A stretch of 64,000 bases of DNA from an uncultured Gemmatimonadales bacterium (GTDB lineage: Bacteria > Gemmatimonadota > Gemmatimonadetes > Gemmatimonadales > GWC2-71-9). The DNA lies in contig CAVYSW010000010.1 of the NCBI GenBank assembly GCA_963771275.1, positions 672,001 to 736,000 on the forward strand. Direction: 5' to 3'. Positions 1 through 9,940 of this stretch are shown here, piece after piece. Every line of letters begins with the position of its first letter. The stretch's first letter is position 1. Below the pieces are notes generated by a model. That model worked only from the letters and a program-made list of their open reading frames with translations, did not search any database and was not told the DNA's origin. Both the position numbers and the translations under genes were made by a program.

Positions 1-1100
1 TCGTCGCGCCCACGCCAGGCGAGCATTTCGCCGAGCTGATGGCATGGGCCGATGAGACGCGGCTGCTGCGGGTCCGCACCAACGCGGATACGCCGAAGGA
101 CTCCGAGCGCGCGCGCGCGTTCGGCGCCGAAGGGATCGGGCTCTGCCGTACCGAGCACATGTTCTTCGAGGGTGACCGCATCCAGGCGATGCGCGAGATG
201 ATCCTCGCCACGGATCAGGAGGGGCGGCGGCGCGCGCTGCTCAAGCTGCTCCCCATGCAACGGCAGGATTTCGTGGAGATCTTCCGGGTGATGAGCGGCT
301 TCCCGGTGACGATCCGGCTGCTCGACCCCCCGCTCCACGAGTTTCTGCCGCGCGAGCCCGACGAGGTCGCGGCGCTCGCGGCGGCGATCGGCGTGACGAT
401 GGAGCACATCCAGCACGCGATCGACCAGCTGACCGAGGTCAACCCGATGCTCGGACATCGCGGCTGTCGCCTGGGCCTCACCTTCCCGGAGATCACGGAG
501 ATGCAGGCCCAGGCCATCTTCGAGGCCGCGTGTCAGGCGGCCACGGAAGGGGTGGAGGTGATTCCCGAGGTCATGGTCCCGCTGGTGGCGGACGTCGAGG
601 AGCTGCGACGCCAGACGGAACTGGTCCGCCAGGTCGCGGAACGGGTGTTCGGGGAGCGCAAACGGCGGGTGGACTACCTCCTCGGGACGATGATCGAGCT
701 GCCGCGGGCGGCGCTCACGGCCGACCGGATCGCGCACGCCGCCGACTTCTTCTCGTTCGGGACGAACGACCTCACGCAGACGACCTTTGGACTGTCGCGG
801 GACGACGCCGGCCGGTTCCTGCCGTTCTATGTCGAGAACGGGATCCTCGCCGACGATCCATTCCAGACGCTCGACCAGGAAGGAGTCGGCAAGCTCATCC
901 TCATGGGCGTCCAGCTCGGTCGCGAGACGAACCCCAAGCTGAAGGTCGGGATCTGCGGCGAGCACGGTGGCGACCCGCGCTCCGTGAAGTTCTGTCACCG
1001 GGCGGGCTTCAACTACGTCTCATGCTCTCCGTTCCGAGTTCCGGTAGCGCGGCTGGCCGCGGCCCAGGCCGCCCTGGAATCACAGGCCGGTCCCGGTTAG
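1..1100 (+). CDS. ppdK: Pyruvate phosphate dikinase, C-terminal part (5' end outside window)
   Basis: [47 protein letters not shown] and [10 protein letters not shown] motifs; frame is open to the window edge. Confidence 0.97.
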   Translation, partial: VAPTPGEHFAELMAWADETRLLRVRTNADTPKDSERARAFGAEGIGLCRTEHMFFEGDRIQAMREMILATDQEGRRRALLKLLPMQRQDFVEIFRVMSGFPVTIRLLDPPLHEFLPREPDEVAALAAAIGVTMEHIQHAIDQLTEVNPMLGHRGCRLGLTFPEITEMQAQAIFEAACQAATEGVEVIPEVMVPLVADVEELRRQTELVRQVAERVFGERKRRVDYLLGTMIELPRAALTADRIAHAADFFSFGTNDLTQTTFGLSRDDAGRFLPFYVENGILADDPFQTLDQEGVGKLILMGVQLGRETNPKLKVGICGEHGGDPRSVKFCHRAGFNYVSCSPFRVPVARLAAAQAALESQAGPG

Positions 1101-1146
1101 GGCTCCCCCTCAACCAACGGCCCGCCCGGCTCCAGGCGCCGGGCCG

Positions 1147-1713
1147 TCACCAGTTCGGCTGTAGCGATACGCGGAGCGCCCGGTCAACCGCTCGCCGCAG
1201 CGGCTCGTCCGTTCCCGCAGCCTCCAGCTCGTCGATCGCCTGCCACACGACCTGGGACACCTCCGTCGATGGGCGCGGGGTGTCGAGCGGGCCGGCAAAC
1301 CGGTACACGAGGTCATGATGCAGGTGAGGCGGCTCGCCGCGAGCGGGCGGAATCTCGTGAATGTCGATACTCACGAGGAGCGGCGGAACCGCAGGGTCCG
1401 GGGTGACGCCGGTTTCCTCGATCACTTCACGACGCGCCGCCCCGGCCGCGGTGTCGTCGCTCGGATCGAGGTGGCCGCCGGGCTGCAACCAACGCCCGAG
1501 GCGTCGGTGGAATACCAGCAGCAGCGCCGTTCCGCCCGGCCCAAGCACGATGCCGCTTGCCGTGACGTGACCGGGATCGTACGAGGTGCGGTCGAGGGGA
1601 TGTGGATGCCCGTGCAGCAGGGCAAGGGTCCGCTCGCGGCTCTCGGCCACCTGTGCGTTCCCCGCCGGGTCCAACGCTGCCACCGCGGCGGCGATTCCAG
1701 CTGCGTCGATCAC
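1147..1713 (-). CDS. Nudix hydrolase
   Basis: Nudix box WLQPGGHLD...AARREVIEETG plus GHVTAS and HLHHD motifs; GTG start at 1713 is approximate. Confidence 0.9.
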   Translation of the reverse strand: MIDAAGIAAAVAALDPAGNAQVAESRERTLALLHGHPHPLDRTSYDPGHVTASGIVLGPGGTALLLVFHRRLGRWLQPGGHLDPSDDTAAGAARREVIEETGVTPDPAVPPLLVSIDIHEIPPARGEPPHLHHDLVYRFAGPLDTPRPSTEVSQVVWQAIDELEAAGTDEPLRRAVDRALRVSLQPNW

Positions 1714-1819
1714 GCTAAGCGCTCCCCCGGGCCAGCCCCGGCTCCATTCCTCGACGGGCAATTGACCGGAGCCGTCGCCGAACGGCAAGGGTGGCCTGGC
1801 CTGGCCGAGCGGACGGCCG

Positions 1820-2908
1820 ATGCCTGATATCGTCTGGCTGCTCGGCCTTCCTTACGGCATCATCTGCGCGACACTGGCGGCCAACCTGTGGTACCTCACC
1901 CGCCGACGGGCGGACGCTCCAGCGCGGACGGATCTTCGGCTGTCACTGATGATCCCGGCGCGGAATGAGGAAACGAACCTGAGACGCCTGTTGCCCTCAC
2001 TGCTGCGGCAGCGCCAGGTCGAACTCGAGATCATCGTCTACGACGATGCCTCGACGGACGGAACCGCCGCCGTGGCCGCTGGCGCCGGCGACGCGCGAGT
2101 GCGGACGATCGGAGGGGCCGGGCCACCCCCGGGATGGGTTGGCAAGGTCCACGCGCTCTATCAGGCGGCGCGCGTTGCGACCGGGAACGTCTTCCTTTTC
2201 CTCGACGCCGATACCGTGCTGAAGCACGAGGATGCGCTGGCCAGCTTCCTCCACCGATTCGCGGCGCTCCCGCCGCACTCCGTGCTGACCGCCGTCCCGC
2301 ACTTCCGCGGCGGGGGAGCCCTGCTCGTGAGCGGCATACCCCACGGGTTCCTGACGAGCTTGCCGCTCCCCCTCGTCCCACTGCTGCGCAGCAGGTACGT
2401 GGCCGCGCTGAACGGCCAGTGCTGGATGATCAGCCGCGAGGACTACGTCGCGCATGAGCCGCACCTGCACAATCGGCACGAGGTGCTCGAGGACATCCGC
2501 ATCGGCCGCTACCTGTGTGGCCGTGGGGTCATTCCGCGCTTTGAGGACGTGCAGGATGACCTGGAAGTGTGGATGTACGATGGATTCCGGACCGCCTGGC
2601 GTGGCTTCCGGAAGAACGCGTTCCTCCTGACCGGCGACTCCCGCCTCGGGTTCGCGGCGTATTTTGTGGCCTTCGTGGGGGTGTACTTGCTGGCACCGCT
2701 GGCGTCTCTCTGGTTCCCCGTCATCGCCATCACGACCAAGCTCGTGTCCGACCGCTACGCGCGGTATCCCCTGTGGGTCTCGTTCCTCGCGCCGGCGACC
2801 TTTGTCTGCTGGGCCGCCCTCTTCGTCGACTCGGCGCTCAGCCACCTGGCAGGAACGGTGACGTGGAAAGGCCGCGCGGTCGACAGGAGGAGCCTCCGAC
2901 GGCACTGA
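1820..2908 (+). CDS. Membrane glycosyltransferase family 2, CrtQ/CruG-like (carotenoid glycosyltransferase-like)
   Basis: IPARNEE, YDDASTDGT, PPGWVGK, FLDAD, NGQC, VLEDI, GFRKN; N- and C-terminal TM helices. Confidence 0.85.
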   Translation: MPDIVWLLGLPYGIICATLAANLWYLTRRRADAPARTDLRLSLMIPARNEETNLRRLLPSLLRQRQVELEIIVYDDASTDGTAAVAAGAGDARVRTIGGAGPPPGWVGKVHALYQAARVATGNVFLFLDADTVLKHEDALASFLHRFAALPPHSVLTAVPHFRGGGALLVSGIPHGFLTSLPLPLVPLLRSRYVAALNGQCWMISREDYVAHEPHLHNRHEVLEDIRIGRYLCGRGVIPRFEDVQDDLEVWMYDGFRTAWRGFRKNAFLLTGDSRLGFAAYFVAFVGVYLLAPLASLWFPVIAITTKLVSDRYARYPLWVSFLAPATFVCWAALFVDSALSHLAGTVTWKGRAVDRRSLRRH

Positions 2909-3580
2909 GCGACGCCGAGTCTGCACCGAACAATCACCGCACCGTTTTCCACATGACTCCCACAGCAGCCCCGTTGCCGCTCTGTCGGGATCGTCCGACA
3001 TGCCATGATGGTGATCGTGATAACGTGCTATATAATTGTTACTTAAGCGCTTATGCAGTAGCTAGTGATGTTATGCTTGATGTGCATAGCAGGTTTCGAC
3101 AATCCACCCCTCTTGCTCCGAGCCGCAGCAAACCGCATGTGTCCCGCGACCGCAGCCCGGGCTCCGCCGTACGGCCTCGACGGCGAGACGCCGTGGTCGA
3201 TTAGGAGGTCTGCCAGCCCCCCGCGGCCGAGCGATGCATCAAGGTCGGCGGCCGGCCACCGCTCCAGGACAGCCTGCGGTGGTGTGATCGGCGTCGGAGC
3301 CCGAGCCGGCTGGGATGAGGGGCTGCCGTCAGGCAGGAGGGAAGCTCGCGCTGCAGGGAACCCAGTACAGGACGTAGTCCCGATCCGGCCTCATGGGCTG
3401 GTCGTTACCACGTCGGAGCCGTGAATCGGGGACGGATGTCGGCGAACTCACGGATGCCCTGTTCCTGGGTGTTCCGAGCCCTAAGATTCTCGGGAGCGAG
3501 ACTTGCCGCGAAGCCCGGCGAGCGTGGAAAATACCCAGATGGGGGGACGACAATATCCGCATGATCCAGGCAGCGCTTGA

Positions 3581-4300
3581 ATGCCCGACCTGACAGTTCG
3601 TCGCGCGCACTCGGTCGGGTGGTGGCGACGGGTTCTCCTCGGCGTCTGCCTGTTCGCGGCCGTCGCGCTCGCGGCCCGGGCTTGGATGCGGTGGCCGGAC
3701 GTTCGCCAGCTTGCTGCCGGGAACCCCGTCGGGTTCGCGGCGGGCGACGGCGGGGCCACGCCGGGGAGACCCATCTGGGTGGGGCTCCGGGATATTTCTC
3801 CGCACCTGATGCGCGCCGTGGTGGTCGCGGAGGACATCGAGTTCTTCTCGCACCACGGCTTCTCCTGGTCGGAGATCCGCTCGGCGTTCGCCGAGGCGAG
3901 CGCTGGCGGACGGCCGCGGGGGGCCTCGACCATCACCCAGCAGCTGGCGAAGAACCTGTGGTTGTCGCCCGACCGGTCGCTCTGGCGCAAGATCCGGGAA
4001 GCGGCCCTGACGATCGACTTGGAGCGATCCCTCGCCAAGCGGCGCATTCTGGAGCTCTATCTCAACGTCGTGCCGTTCGGGCCCGGCGTCATCGGCGCCG
4101 AGGCGGCGGCACGGGTGTACTTCGGGAAGGCGCCGCTGTTCCTTACGGAGCGTGAGGCCGCGATGCTCGCCGCCGGTCTGTCGCGGCCCTCCCTGTGGAA
4201 CCCAACGACCACGAGCGACGCGTATCGGGCGCGCGTCGAGCTGATCCTCCGGCGGATGGCGAACGCCGAGTTCCTGTGGCGCCACATCGCGGCCCTGTGA
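3581..4300 (+). CDS. mtgA: Monofunctional peptidoglycan transglycosylase (GT51)
   Basis: N-terminal TM; AEDIEFFSHHG, RGASTITQQLAKNL, RKIREA, KRRILELYLN. Confidence 0.93.
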   Translation: MPDLTVRRAHSVGWWRRVLLGVCLFAAVALAARAWMRWPDVRQLAAGNPVGFAAGDGGATPGRPIWVGLRDISPHLMRAVVVAEDIEFFSHHGFSWSEIRSAFAEASAGGRPRGASTITQQLAKNLWLSPDRSLWRKIREAALTIDLERSLAKRRILELYLNVVPFGPGVIGAEAAARVYFGKAPLFLTEREAAMLAAGLSRPSLWNPTTTSDAYRARVELILRRMANAEFLWRHIAAL

Positions 4301-4319
4301 CGACCGGAGGCGACGCGCC

Positions 4320-6335
4320 GTGAATCGCTCCTCGGCGGAGCTCCGGCTCCGGACGCTGCGGGCGGAAATCCGCCATCACGACTACCTGTATCACGTCAAG
4401 GATCGCCCCGAGATCTCGGACGAGGCGTACGACACCCTGTTCGGTGAGCTCAAGCGGCTGGAGCAGGCGTTTCCTGATCTGGTAACGCCGGACTCGCCCA
4501 CCCAGCGGGTCGGAAGTGGCGTGTTCGACCGATTCCCCACCGTGCGCCACCTTGCCCCGATGCTGAGCCTCGACTCGGACCGCGACGTGGAGGCGCTGCG
4601 GCGGTTCGACGAGCGGCTGCGCAAGGCACTCGGCGGCACTCCGCCGCGGTACGCGCTGGAGCCGAAGCTGGACGGTGCCTCCGTCGAGCTCGTCTACCAG
4701 GGGGGAGTTCTGGTGCGGGCCGCGACCCGGGGGGACGGGGTGAACGGCGAGGGCATCACGGACAACATCCGGACGATCGCGGCGGTGCCGCTGCGCCTGC
4801 GGCCTGCCGGCCCGGCGGTGGAGTCCGTCGCCCTCCGGGGCGAAGTCATCATGCGCCTGAGCGCGTTCGAGCAGCTGAACGAGCGATTGATGGCCCAGGG
4901 ACAGGAGCCGTTCGCCAACCCGCGCAACGCGGCGGCGGGCACGCTGCGCCAGCTCGATCCGACGGTCACGGCGCAGCGCCCGCTGGACATCTACCTCTAC
5001 GACGTGTTGGACATTCGCGGGGCGGGGTTCGCAACGCACCGCGAAGCCCTCCGCGCCATACGAGCCTGGGGCTTTCCGGTGTCCGACCTGATCGCCGAGG
5101 GGCAGACGGTCGATGACATCCTCGCCTATCACGGGGATCTCCTCACGCGGCGCGACGATCTGGACTTCGAGATCGACGGTGTGGTCGTCAAGCTCGACGA
5201 TCTCGCCGCGCGCACCCAGGTCGGCATGACGGCACGCCATCCGCGCTGGGCCTACGCCTTCAAGTTCCCGCCGCGCAAGGAAGTCACCCGCATCATCAAG
5301 ATCGTGGCGAGCGTGGGGCGGACGGGCGTGGTGACCCCGATCGCGATCATGCGTCCGGTGGAGATCGGCGGGGTCACGGTGAGCCGTGCCACGCTGCACA
5401 ACCGCGAGGAGGTGTTCCGCAAGGACGTCCGCGAGGGCGATCTCGTTCGCATCCAGCGGGCGGGAGACGTGATCCCCCAGGTCATCGAGCGGGTCGAGGA
5501 GGCCGGGCGGCCGCGCGGCCCGGAGTTCGCGATGCCGCAGCAGTGCCCCTCATGCGGTACCGCGCTCACGCCGCGCGGCCCGTTCACCGTCTGCACGAAC
5601 ACCTTCCGCTGTCCGGCGCAGCTGGTGGGGCGCATCGTCCATTTCGCCTCCCGCGATGCGCTCGACATCGCGGGCCTGGGAGAGGAGACGGCGCGGCTGC
5701 TGGTCGATACCGGCCTGATCCGGCGACTCGACGAGCTGTTCGATCTGCGGGAGGAGCAACTCGTCGAGCTGGAGGGCTTCGCCGAGAAGTCGGCTGGGAA
5801 CCTCGTCGGTGCGATCCACGCGGGCGCGACCGTGGAGTTGTCGCGCTTCCTCTTCGGCCTCGGCATCCCCGAGGTGGGCATCGCGGTCGCGCGCGATCTG
5901 GCGGCCCACTTCGGCGCCCTGGCCGCGCTGCGGCGGGCGACCGAGCCCGAGCTGCAGGAGGTGGCGGGGGTCGGCCCGAAGATGGCTGGGCAGATCGCCG
6001 CGTTCTTCCGTGACGTGGAGAACGCCACAGCGCTCAAGCGTCTCCTCGCCAAGGTACGGGTGCGGGAGGGCACGGCGCGGGCCGCCGGCGGTCCGTTCGT
6101 CGGCGTCACGTTCGTGTTCACCGGGGCTCTGGACACCATGTCCCGGGCCGACGCCGAGGCCCTGATCGCGGCCCATGGGGGTCGGGCTGCCTCATCGGTC
6201 AGCAAGAAGACCGACTACCTCGTGGCCGGGAACGATGCCGGCTCGAAGCTCGCCAAGGCCCGGGACCTCGGGGTGGCCGTGCTGGACGAAGCGGCGTTCC
6301 TTGCCCTGCTGAGCCGTCACGGGCTCAGGGCGTGA
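4320..6335 (+). CDS. ligA: NAD-dependent DNA ligase
   Basis: EPKLDG, TRGDG, FANPRNAAAG, IDGVVVK, PRWAYAFKF, Zn finger CPSC..C..C, HhH, C-terminal BRCT; GGAGG SD. Confidence 0.98.
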   Translation: MNRSSAELRLRTLRAEIRHHDYLYHVKDRPEISDEAYDTLFGELKRLEQAFPDLVTPDSPTQRVGSGVFDRFPTVRHLAPMLSLDSDRDVEALRRFDERLRKALGGTPPRYALEPKLDGASVELVYQGGVLVRAATRGDGVNGEGITDNIRTIAAVPLRLRPAGPAVESVALRGEVIMRLSAFEQLNERLMAQGQEPFANPRNAAAGTLRQLDPTVTAQRPLDIYLYDVLDIRGAGFATHREALRAIRAWGFPVSDLIAEGQTVDDILAYHGDLLTRRDDLDFEIDGVVVKLDDLAARTQVGMTARHPRWAYAFKFPPRKEVTRIIKIVASVGRTGVVTPIAIMRPVEIGGVTVSRATLHNREEVFRKDVREGDLVRIQRAGDVIPQVIERVEEAGRPRGPEFAMPQQCPSCGTALTPRGPFTVCTNTFRCPAQLVGRIVHFASRDALDIAGLGEETARLLVDTGLIRRLDELFDLREEQLVELEGFAEKSAGNLVGAIHAGATVELSRFLFGLGIPEVGIAVARDLAAHFGALAALRRATEPELQEVAGVGPKMAGQIAAFFRDVENATALKRLLAKVRVREGTARAAGGPFVGVTFVFTGALDTMSRADAEALIAAHGGRAASSVSKKTDYLVAGNDAGSKLAKARDLGVAVLDEAAFLALLSRHGLRA

Positions 6336-8092
6336 CGATGGAGAATGGCGAGATCGCCCGGCTCCTGGCCGACGTGGGGGTCCTGCTCGAGATCAAGGGG
6401 GCCAATCCGTTCCGCGTGCGGGCCTACGAGAACGCCGCGCGCACGGTCGACGAGCAGCCGGTCCCGCTCCGGGATGTGCTGGCCGGCGGTGGCGATCTCA
6501 CGACGTTGCCCGGCATCGGGAAGGACATGGCCGGCCACATCCGGGAGGCGATCGAGACCGGGCGCCTCACGGTCCTGGAAGAGCTGAAGCGAGAGGTGCC
6601 GTACACCCTGGTCGGGCTCGTCCGGCTGCCGGGCGTCGGCCCCAAGCGCGCCCGCAAGTTGTGGGAGGCGCTTGGCGTGGCCACTCTCGAGGAGCTCGAA
6701 GTCGCGGCGGCCGCGGGCAGGATCGAGGAGCTGGAGGGGTTCGGCAAGAAGACCCAGGCGCGGATTCTCGAGGGTATCGCCACCCTGAAGCGAAGAGGCG
6801 ACCGCTTTGGGATCGCCGACGCGGATCAGCTCGTCGCGCCGTTGGTGGCCTACTTGCGACGCCATTCCGGGGTCGCCCGCATCGAAGTGGCCGGCAGCTA
6901 TCGCCGCCGGCTCGAAACGGTGGGCGACATCGACATCCTGGTCATCGCCGCCGCCCCGGGACCCGTGATGCAGCATTTCACCACGTACGGACGGGTGCGC
7001 AAGACCGAGATGGCCGGTGACACGCGCGGTACGGTCGTGCTGGATTCCGGTCTTCAGGTCGACCTGCGGATCCTGCCGGCCGAGAGCTACGGCGCAGCGC
7101 TGCAGTACTTCACCGGCTCCAAGGCGCACAACGTGAAGCTCCGCAAGCGCGCGGTGGCTCACGGACTGAGCATCTCGGAGTACGGGGTGTTCGAGTCGCG
7201 GGAGGCGGCGGTCGAGGGGGACCCCCCTTCCGCCGGCCGGCGCGTGGGTGGAGCGACCGAAGAGGAGGTCTACGCCGCGGTCGGCCTGCCGTGGATTCCG
7301 CCCGAGCTGCGCGAGGACCGGGGTGAGATCGAGGCGGCGGAACGCGGGCTGCCGAAGCTGCTCAGTCCCGACGACATGCGTGGGGACCTGCAGATGCACA
7401 CCACGTGGTCGGACGGCAAGCACTCCATCCGCCAGATGGTGGACGCGTGTGCCAAGCGCGGGTACCAGTACTGCGCCATCACGGACCACAGCAAGACGCT
7501 CGCCATGACCGGGGGGCTCGATGCCCAGGCGCTCAGCGAGCAGTGGCGCGAGATGGATGAGGTCATGGCCCGCCGCTCGGACATCAGACTGCTCCGCAGC
7601 CTGGAGATCGACATCCTGCGCGACGGGTCGCTCGACCTCGAAGACGAGATGATCGCCAAGCTGGACATCGTGCTGGTTGCGATTCACACGCTGCTCGATC
7701 TCCCGCCGGCGCAGCAGACCCGTCGCATCCTGAAGGCGATCGAGCACCCTGCCGTTCACATTCTCGCCCATCCCACGGGGCGGTTGATCAACCGCAGGGA
7801 GCCCTACGCATTCGACCTCAACGAGGTGTTGCACAGCGCCAAGCAGCACGACGTGGCCGTGGAGCTCAATGCGCATCCGCAGCGCCTCGACCTGCGCGAC
7901 ACGCAGGTCATGCTGGCGCGCGAGCTCGGTGTCCGCATCGTGATCGACACGGATGCGCACCAGGTGCGGGAGCTCGAGCTGATGCGGTATGGCGTCGAGC
8001 AGGCCCGCCGCGCGTGGCTCGAGCCGAAGCACGTCCTCAACGCGCAAACCCTCGCGAAGCTGGTGAAGCAGCTCGGGAAGAAGAAGCTGTGA
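6332..8092 (+). CDS. polX: DNA polymerase X with PHP 3'-5' exonuclease domain
   Basis: AGSYRR, GDIDIL, QVDLR, YFTGSKAHN; PHP motifs DLQMH, AITDH, AHPTGR, DTDAH; GTGA overlap with ligA. Confidence 0.96.
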   Translation: MTMENGEIARLLADVGVLLEIKGANPFRVRAYENAARTVDEQPVPLRDVLAGGGDLTTLPGIGKDMAGHIREAIETGRLTVLEELKREVPYTLVGLVRLPGVGPKRARKLWEALGVATLEELEVAAAAGRIEELEGFGKKTQARILEGIATLKRRGDRFGIADADQLVAPLVAYLRRHSGVARIEVAGSYRRRLETVGDIDILVIAAAPGPVMQHFTTYGRVRKTEMAGDTRGTVVLDSGLQVDLRILPAESYGAALQYFTGSKAHNVKLRKRAVAHGLSISEYGVFESREAAVEGDPPSAGRRVGGATEEEVYAAVGLPWIPPELREDRGEIEAAERGLPKLLSPDDMRGDLQMHTTWSDGKHSIRQMVDACAKRGYQYCAITDHSKTLAMTGGLDAQALSEQWREMDEVMARRSDIRLLRSLEIDILRDGSLDLEDEMIAKLDIVLVAIHTLLDLPPAQQTRRILKAIEHPAVHILAHPTGRLINRREPYAFDLNEVLHSAKQHDVAVELNAHPQRLDLRDTQVMLARELGVRIVIDTDAHQVRELELMRYGVEQARRAWLEPKHVLNAQTLAKLVKQLGKKKL

Positions 8093-8144
8093 TACGGCGG
8101 GCCAGGAGTGCGGGGACGGCGCCCGCCGGGCCGCTGGCCGGACG

Positions 8145-9377
8145 GTGCATCGCGTGACGCTGCGGGCGGCAGTCGGGCTCGCGATTGTCGTGCTGACCCT
8201 GACCGGCATTGCGCTGGGGAGCCTCCCGACCCTCCGGATGAACCGCGCCACCATCGCGCTGGTGGGGGCGACGGCGCTGGTCGTCGTCGGGATGCTGCGT
8301 CTCGACGAGGCGCTGGGGGCAATTGACCTCAATACCATCGCCCTGCTGTTCGGCATGATGGTGCTGAACGCGAACCTCCGACTCGCGGGGTTCTTCGATC
8401 TCGTCGCGCGCCGCCTCGCGCAACGTGCCCACTCCCCCGCCATGCTCCTGGCGGTGACGGTGCTCGCGGCAGGCACCTTGTCGGCGGTGTTCCTCAACGA
8501 CACGATCGTGCTGGTATTCACGCCCCTCATGCTCGAGGTGACCCGGGCGGCTGGGCTCAATCCCCTGCCCTTTCTCATGGCCGTCGCGACCGCCGCGAAC
8601 GTCGGGTCGGTGGCCACCCTGGTGGGGAACCCTCAGAACATGCTGGTCGGGGTCGCCTCCGGCATTTCCTTCAACCGCTTCCTCCTGCACCTGGCTCCGG
8701 TCGCGGGAGGAGGGCTTGTCGTCGTGATCGCGGTGCTGTGGCTGACGTATCATCGTGCGCTGGCCCCCCGGGCCGTGCAGCTCCACGTGCGAGCCCGTGC
8801 CCGGCCGTTCCGCCCGCTGTTGCGGAAGAGCCTACTCGCTTCGGGGATACTCGTGGTCGTGCTGCTGGCGGGCGCGCCGGTACCCCTCGCGGCCCTCGGC
8901 GCCGCCGGATTGCTGCTGGTCACGCGCCGGGTGCGGCCGGAGCGCGTGTTTCAGGAGATCGACTGGTCGCTGCTGGTGTTCTTCGCCGCGCTGTTCGTCG
9001 TGACGACAGCGGCCCGGCGCGTCGGGCTGGTGGAGGTCGTGTTCGGGTGGATGCCGGACGCACGTGGCAGCGGAGCGGCCCTGGCGGCGGTGTCGACCGT
9101 GTTGAGCAACGTCGTCTCGAACGTCCCTGCCGTACTGCTGCTCCAGCACGTCGTCGTGGCGTTGCCCCACCCGGAGATGGGCTGGCTCACGCTTGCCATG
9201 GCGACCACGCTGGCCGGGAACCTCACGCTCCTCGGCTCGGTGGCGAACCTCATCGTGGCCGAGACGGCGCGCCGCGAGGGCGTCAACCTCTCGTTCGTCG
9301 AATACCTCAAGGCCGGCGTCCCCATCACCCTGCTCACGCTGGTCTGGGGCGTGGTGTGGTTGGGCCTAGTGAGCTGA
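8145..9377 (+). CDS. Anion permease, ArsB/NhaD/CitMHS (ion transporter) superfamily
   Basis: About 11 TM helices; FLNDT, ANVGSVATLVGNPQN, SNVVSNVPAV, AGNLTLLGSVANLIV. Confidence 0.88.
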   Translation: MHRVTLRAAVGLAIVVLTLTGIALGSLPTLRMNRATIALVGATALVVVGMLRLDEALGAIDLNTIALLFGMMVLNANLRLAGFFDLVARRLAQRAHSPAMLLAVTVLAAGTLSAVFLNDTIVLVFTPLMLEVTRAAGLNPLPFLMAVATAANVGSVATLVGNPQNMLVGVASGISFNRFLLHLAPVAGGGLVVVIAVLWLTYHRALAPRAVQLHVRARARPFRPLLRKSLLASGILVVVLLAGAPVPLAALGAAGLLLVTRRVRPERVFQEIDWSLLVFFAALFVVTTAARRVGLVEVVFGWMPDARGSGAALAAVSTVLSNVVSNVPAVLLLQHVVVALPHPEMGWLTLAMATTLAGNLTLLGSVANLIVAETARREGVNLSFVEYLKAGVPITLLTLVWGVVWLGLVS

Positions 9378-9387
9378 CGGCGACCGC

Positions 9388-9768
9388 TCAGGCTGCGGCC
9401 GCGCGATCCTCGCGGAGACACTCGAGGGTATGCCGGGCGCCACGTCGGATGTCGGGGTCCCGATGCGACAACAGGCCGACGAGCGCCGCCTCAGCTTCGC
9501 CGACCGATGTCGCGAGCACGAGCAGCGACCCGACCGTCCACATGCGCAACTCCATTCGCCCTTGAATCAGCACCTCACCGGCGGTCGCGGGACGCCATGG
9601 CGCGGCAGGGCGCTCGCTGCGCGCCGATCGTGCGTGACTTGACGGCGGGACCTGCTGGGGGAGTACCGGGATCGGTGATACGGCGAGTCGGGAATCGCTG
9701 CGGGACGGGCGGTTCAATAGTGACGAGAGCCATCCCCAGAAACGATGCAACCGGGCGGCAAGCGGCAT
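9388..9768 (-). CDS. Hypothetical protein with a C-terminal HEAT-like motif
   Basis: 126-aa ORF ending LVGLLSHRDPDIRRGARHTLE; TATATT -10 box 5 nt before the ATG. Confidence 0.5.
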   Translation of the reverse strand: MPLAARLHRFWGWLSSLLNRPSRSDSRLAVSPIPVLPQQVPPSSHARSARSERPAAPWRPATAGEVLIQGRMELRMWTVGSLLVLATSVGEAEAALVGLLSHRDPDIRRGARHTLECLREDRAAAA

Positions 9769-9910
9769 GGCCGAATATAGCGACGGGCGGCCGGGCAGGT
9801 GAGGCCGGGGTTCAGTTCGCGGCCGCCGAGGGGCTTGGCAGTGCGCTCGGGGCGTTGGAGCTGGGCCCCGCGGAACCGCGCTGCAACACGGGGCAGAGGT
9901 CGAAACGCGA

Positions 9911-9932
9911 ACGGCCCGGTTCCCCGGGCCGT
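9911..9932 (-). terminator. Hairpin directly downstream of tmRNA
   Basis: Perfect 9-bp stem acggcccgg/ccgggccgt with 4-nt loop; weak U tail. Confidence 0.6.
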
Positions 9933-9940
9933 ACGTGTGA

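Noticed and set aside
2945..3100. oriC or dif site in the AT-rich island
   Set aside because: Only one near-consensus DnaA box (TTTTCCACA, 2945-2953), no cluster and no dnaA nearby; no XerC/XerD arms with a 6-nt spacer on either strand
3320..3365. SRP RNA or cobalamin riboswitch resemblance (tcaggcaggagggaagc)
   Set aside because: Lacks the SRP CC-GGAA-GG stem-loop with AGCAG and lacks the cobalamin core motifs
7380..7420. PolX PHP motif with Gln in place of the first His (DLQMH)
   Set aside because: A QxH variant occurs in functional bacterial PolX enzymes and the other ligands are intact, so this is not evidence of inactivation
6317..8617. Long antisense ORFs (e.g. 6317-8617, 17097-18929, 20277-22127, 44501-46285, 46472-48004)
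   Set aside because: Mirror frames of well-supported genes, expected at this GC content; no motifs
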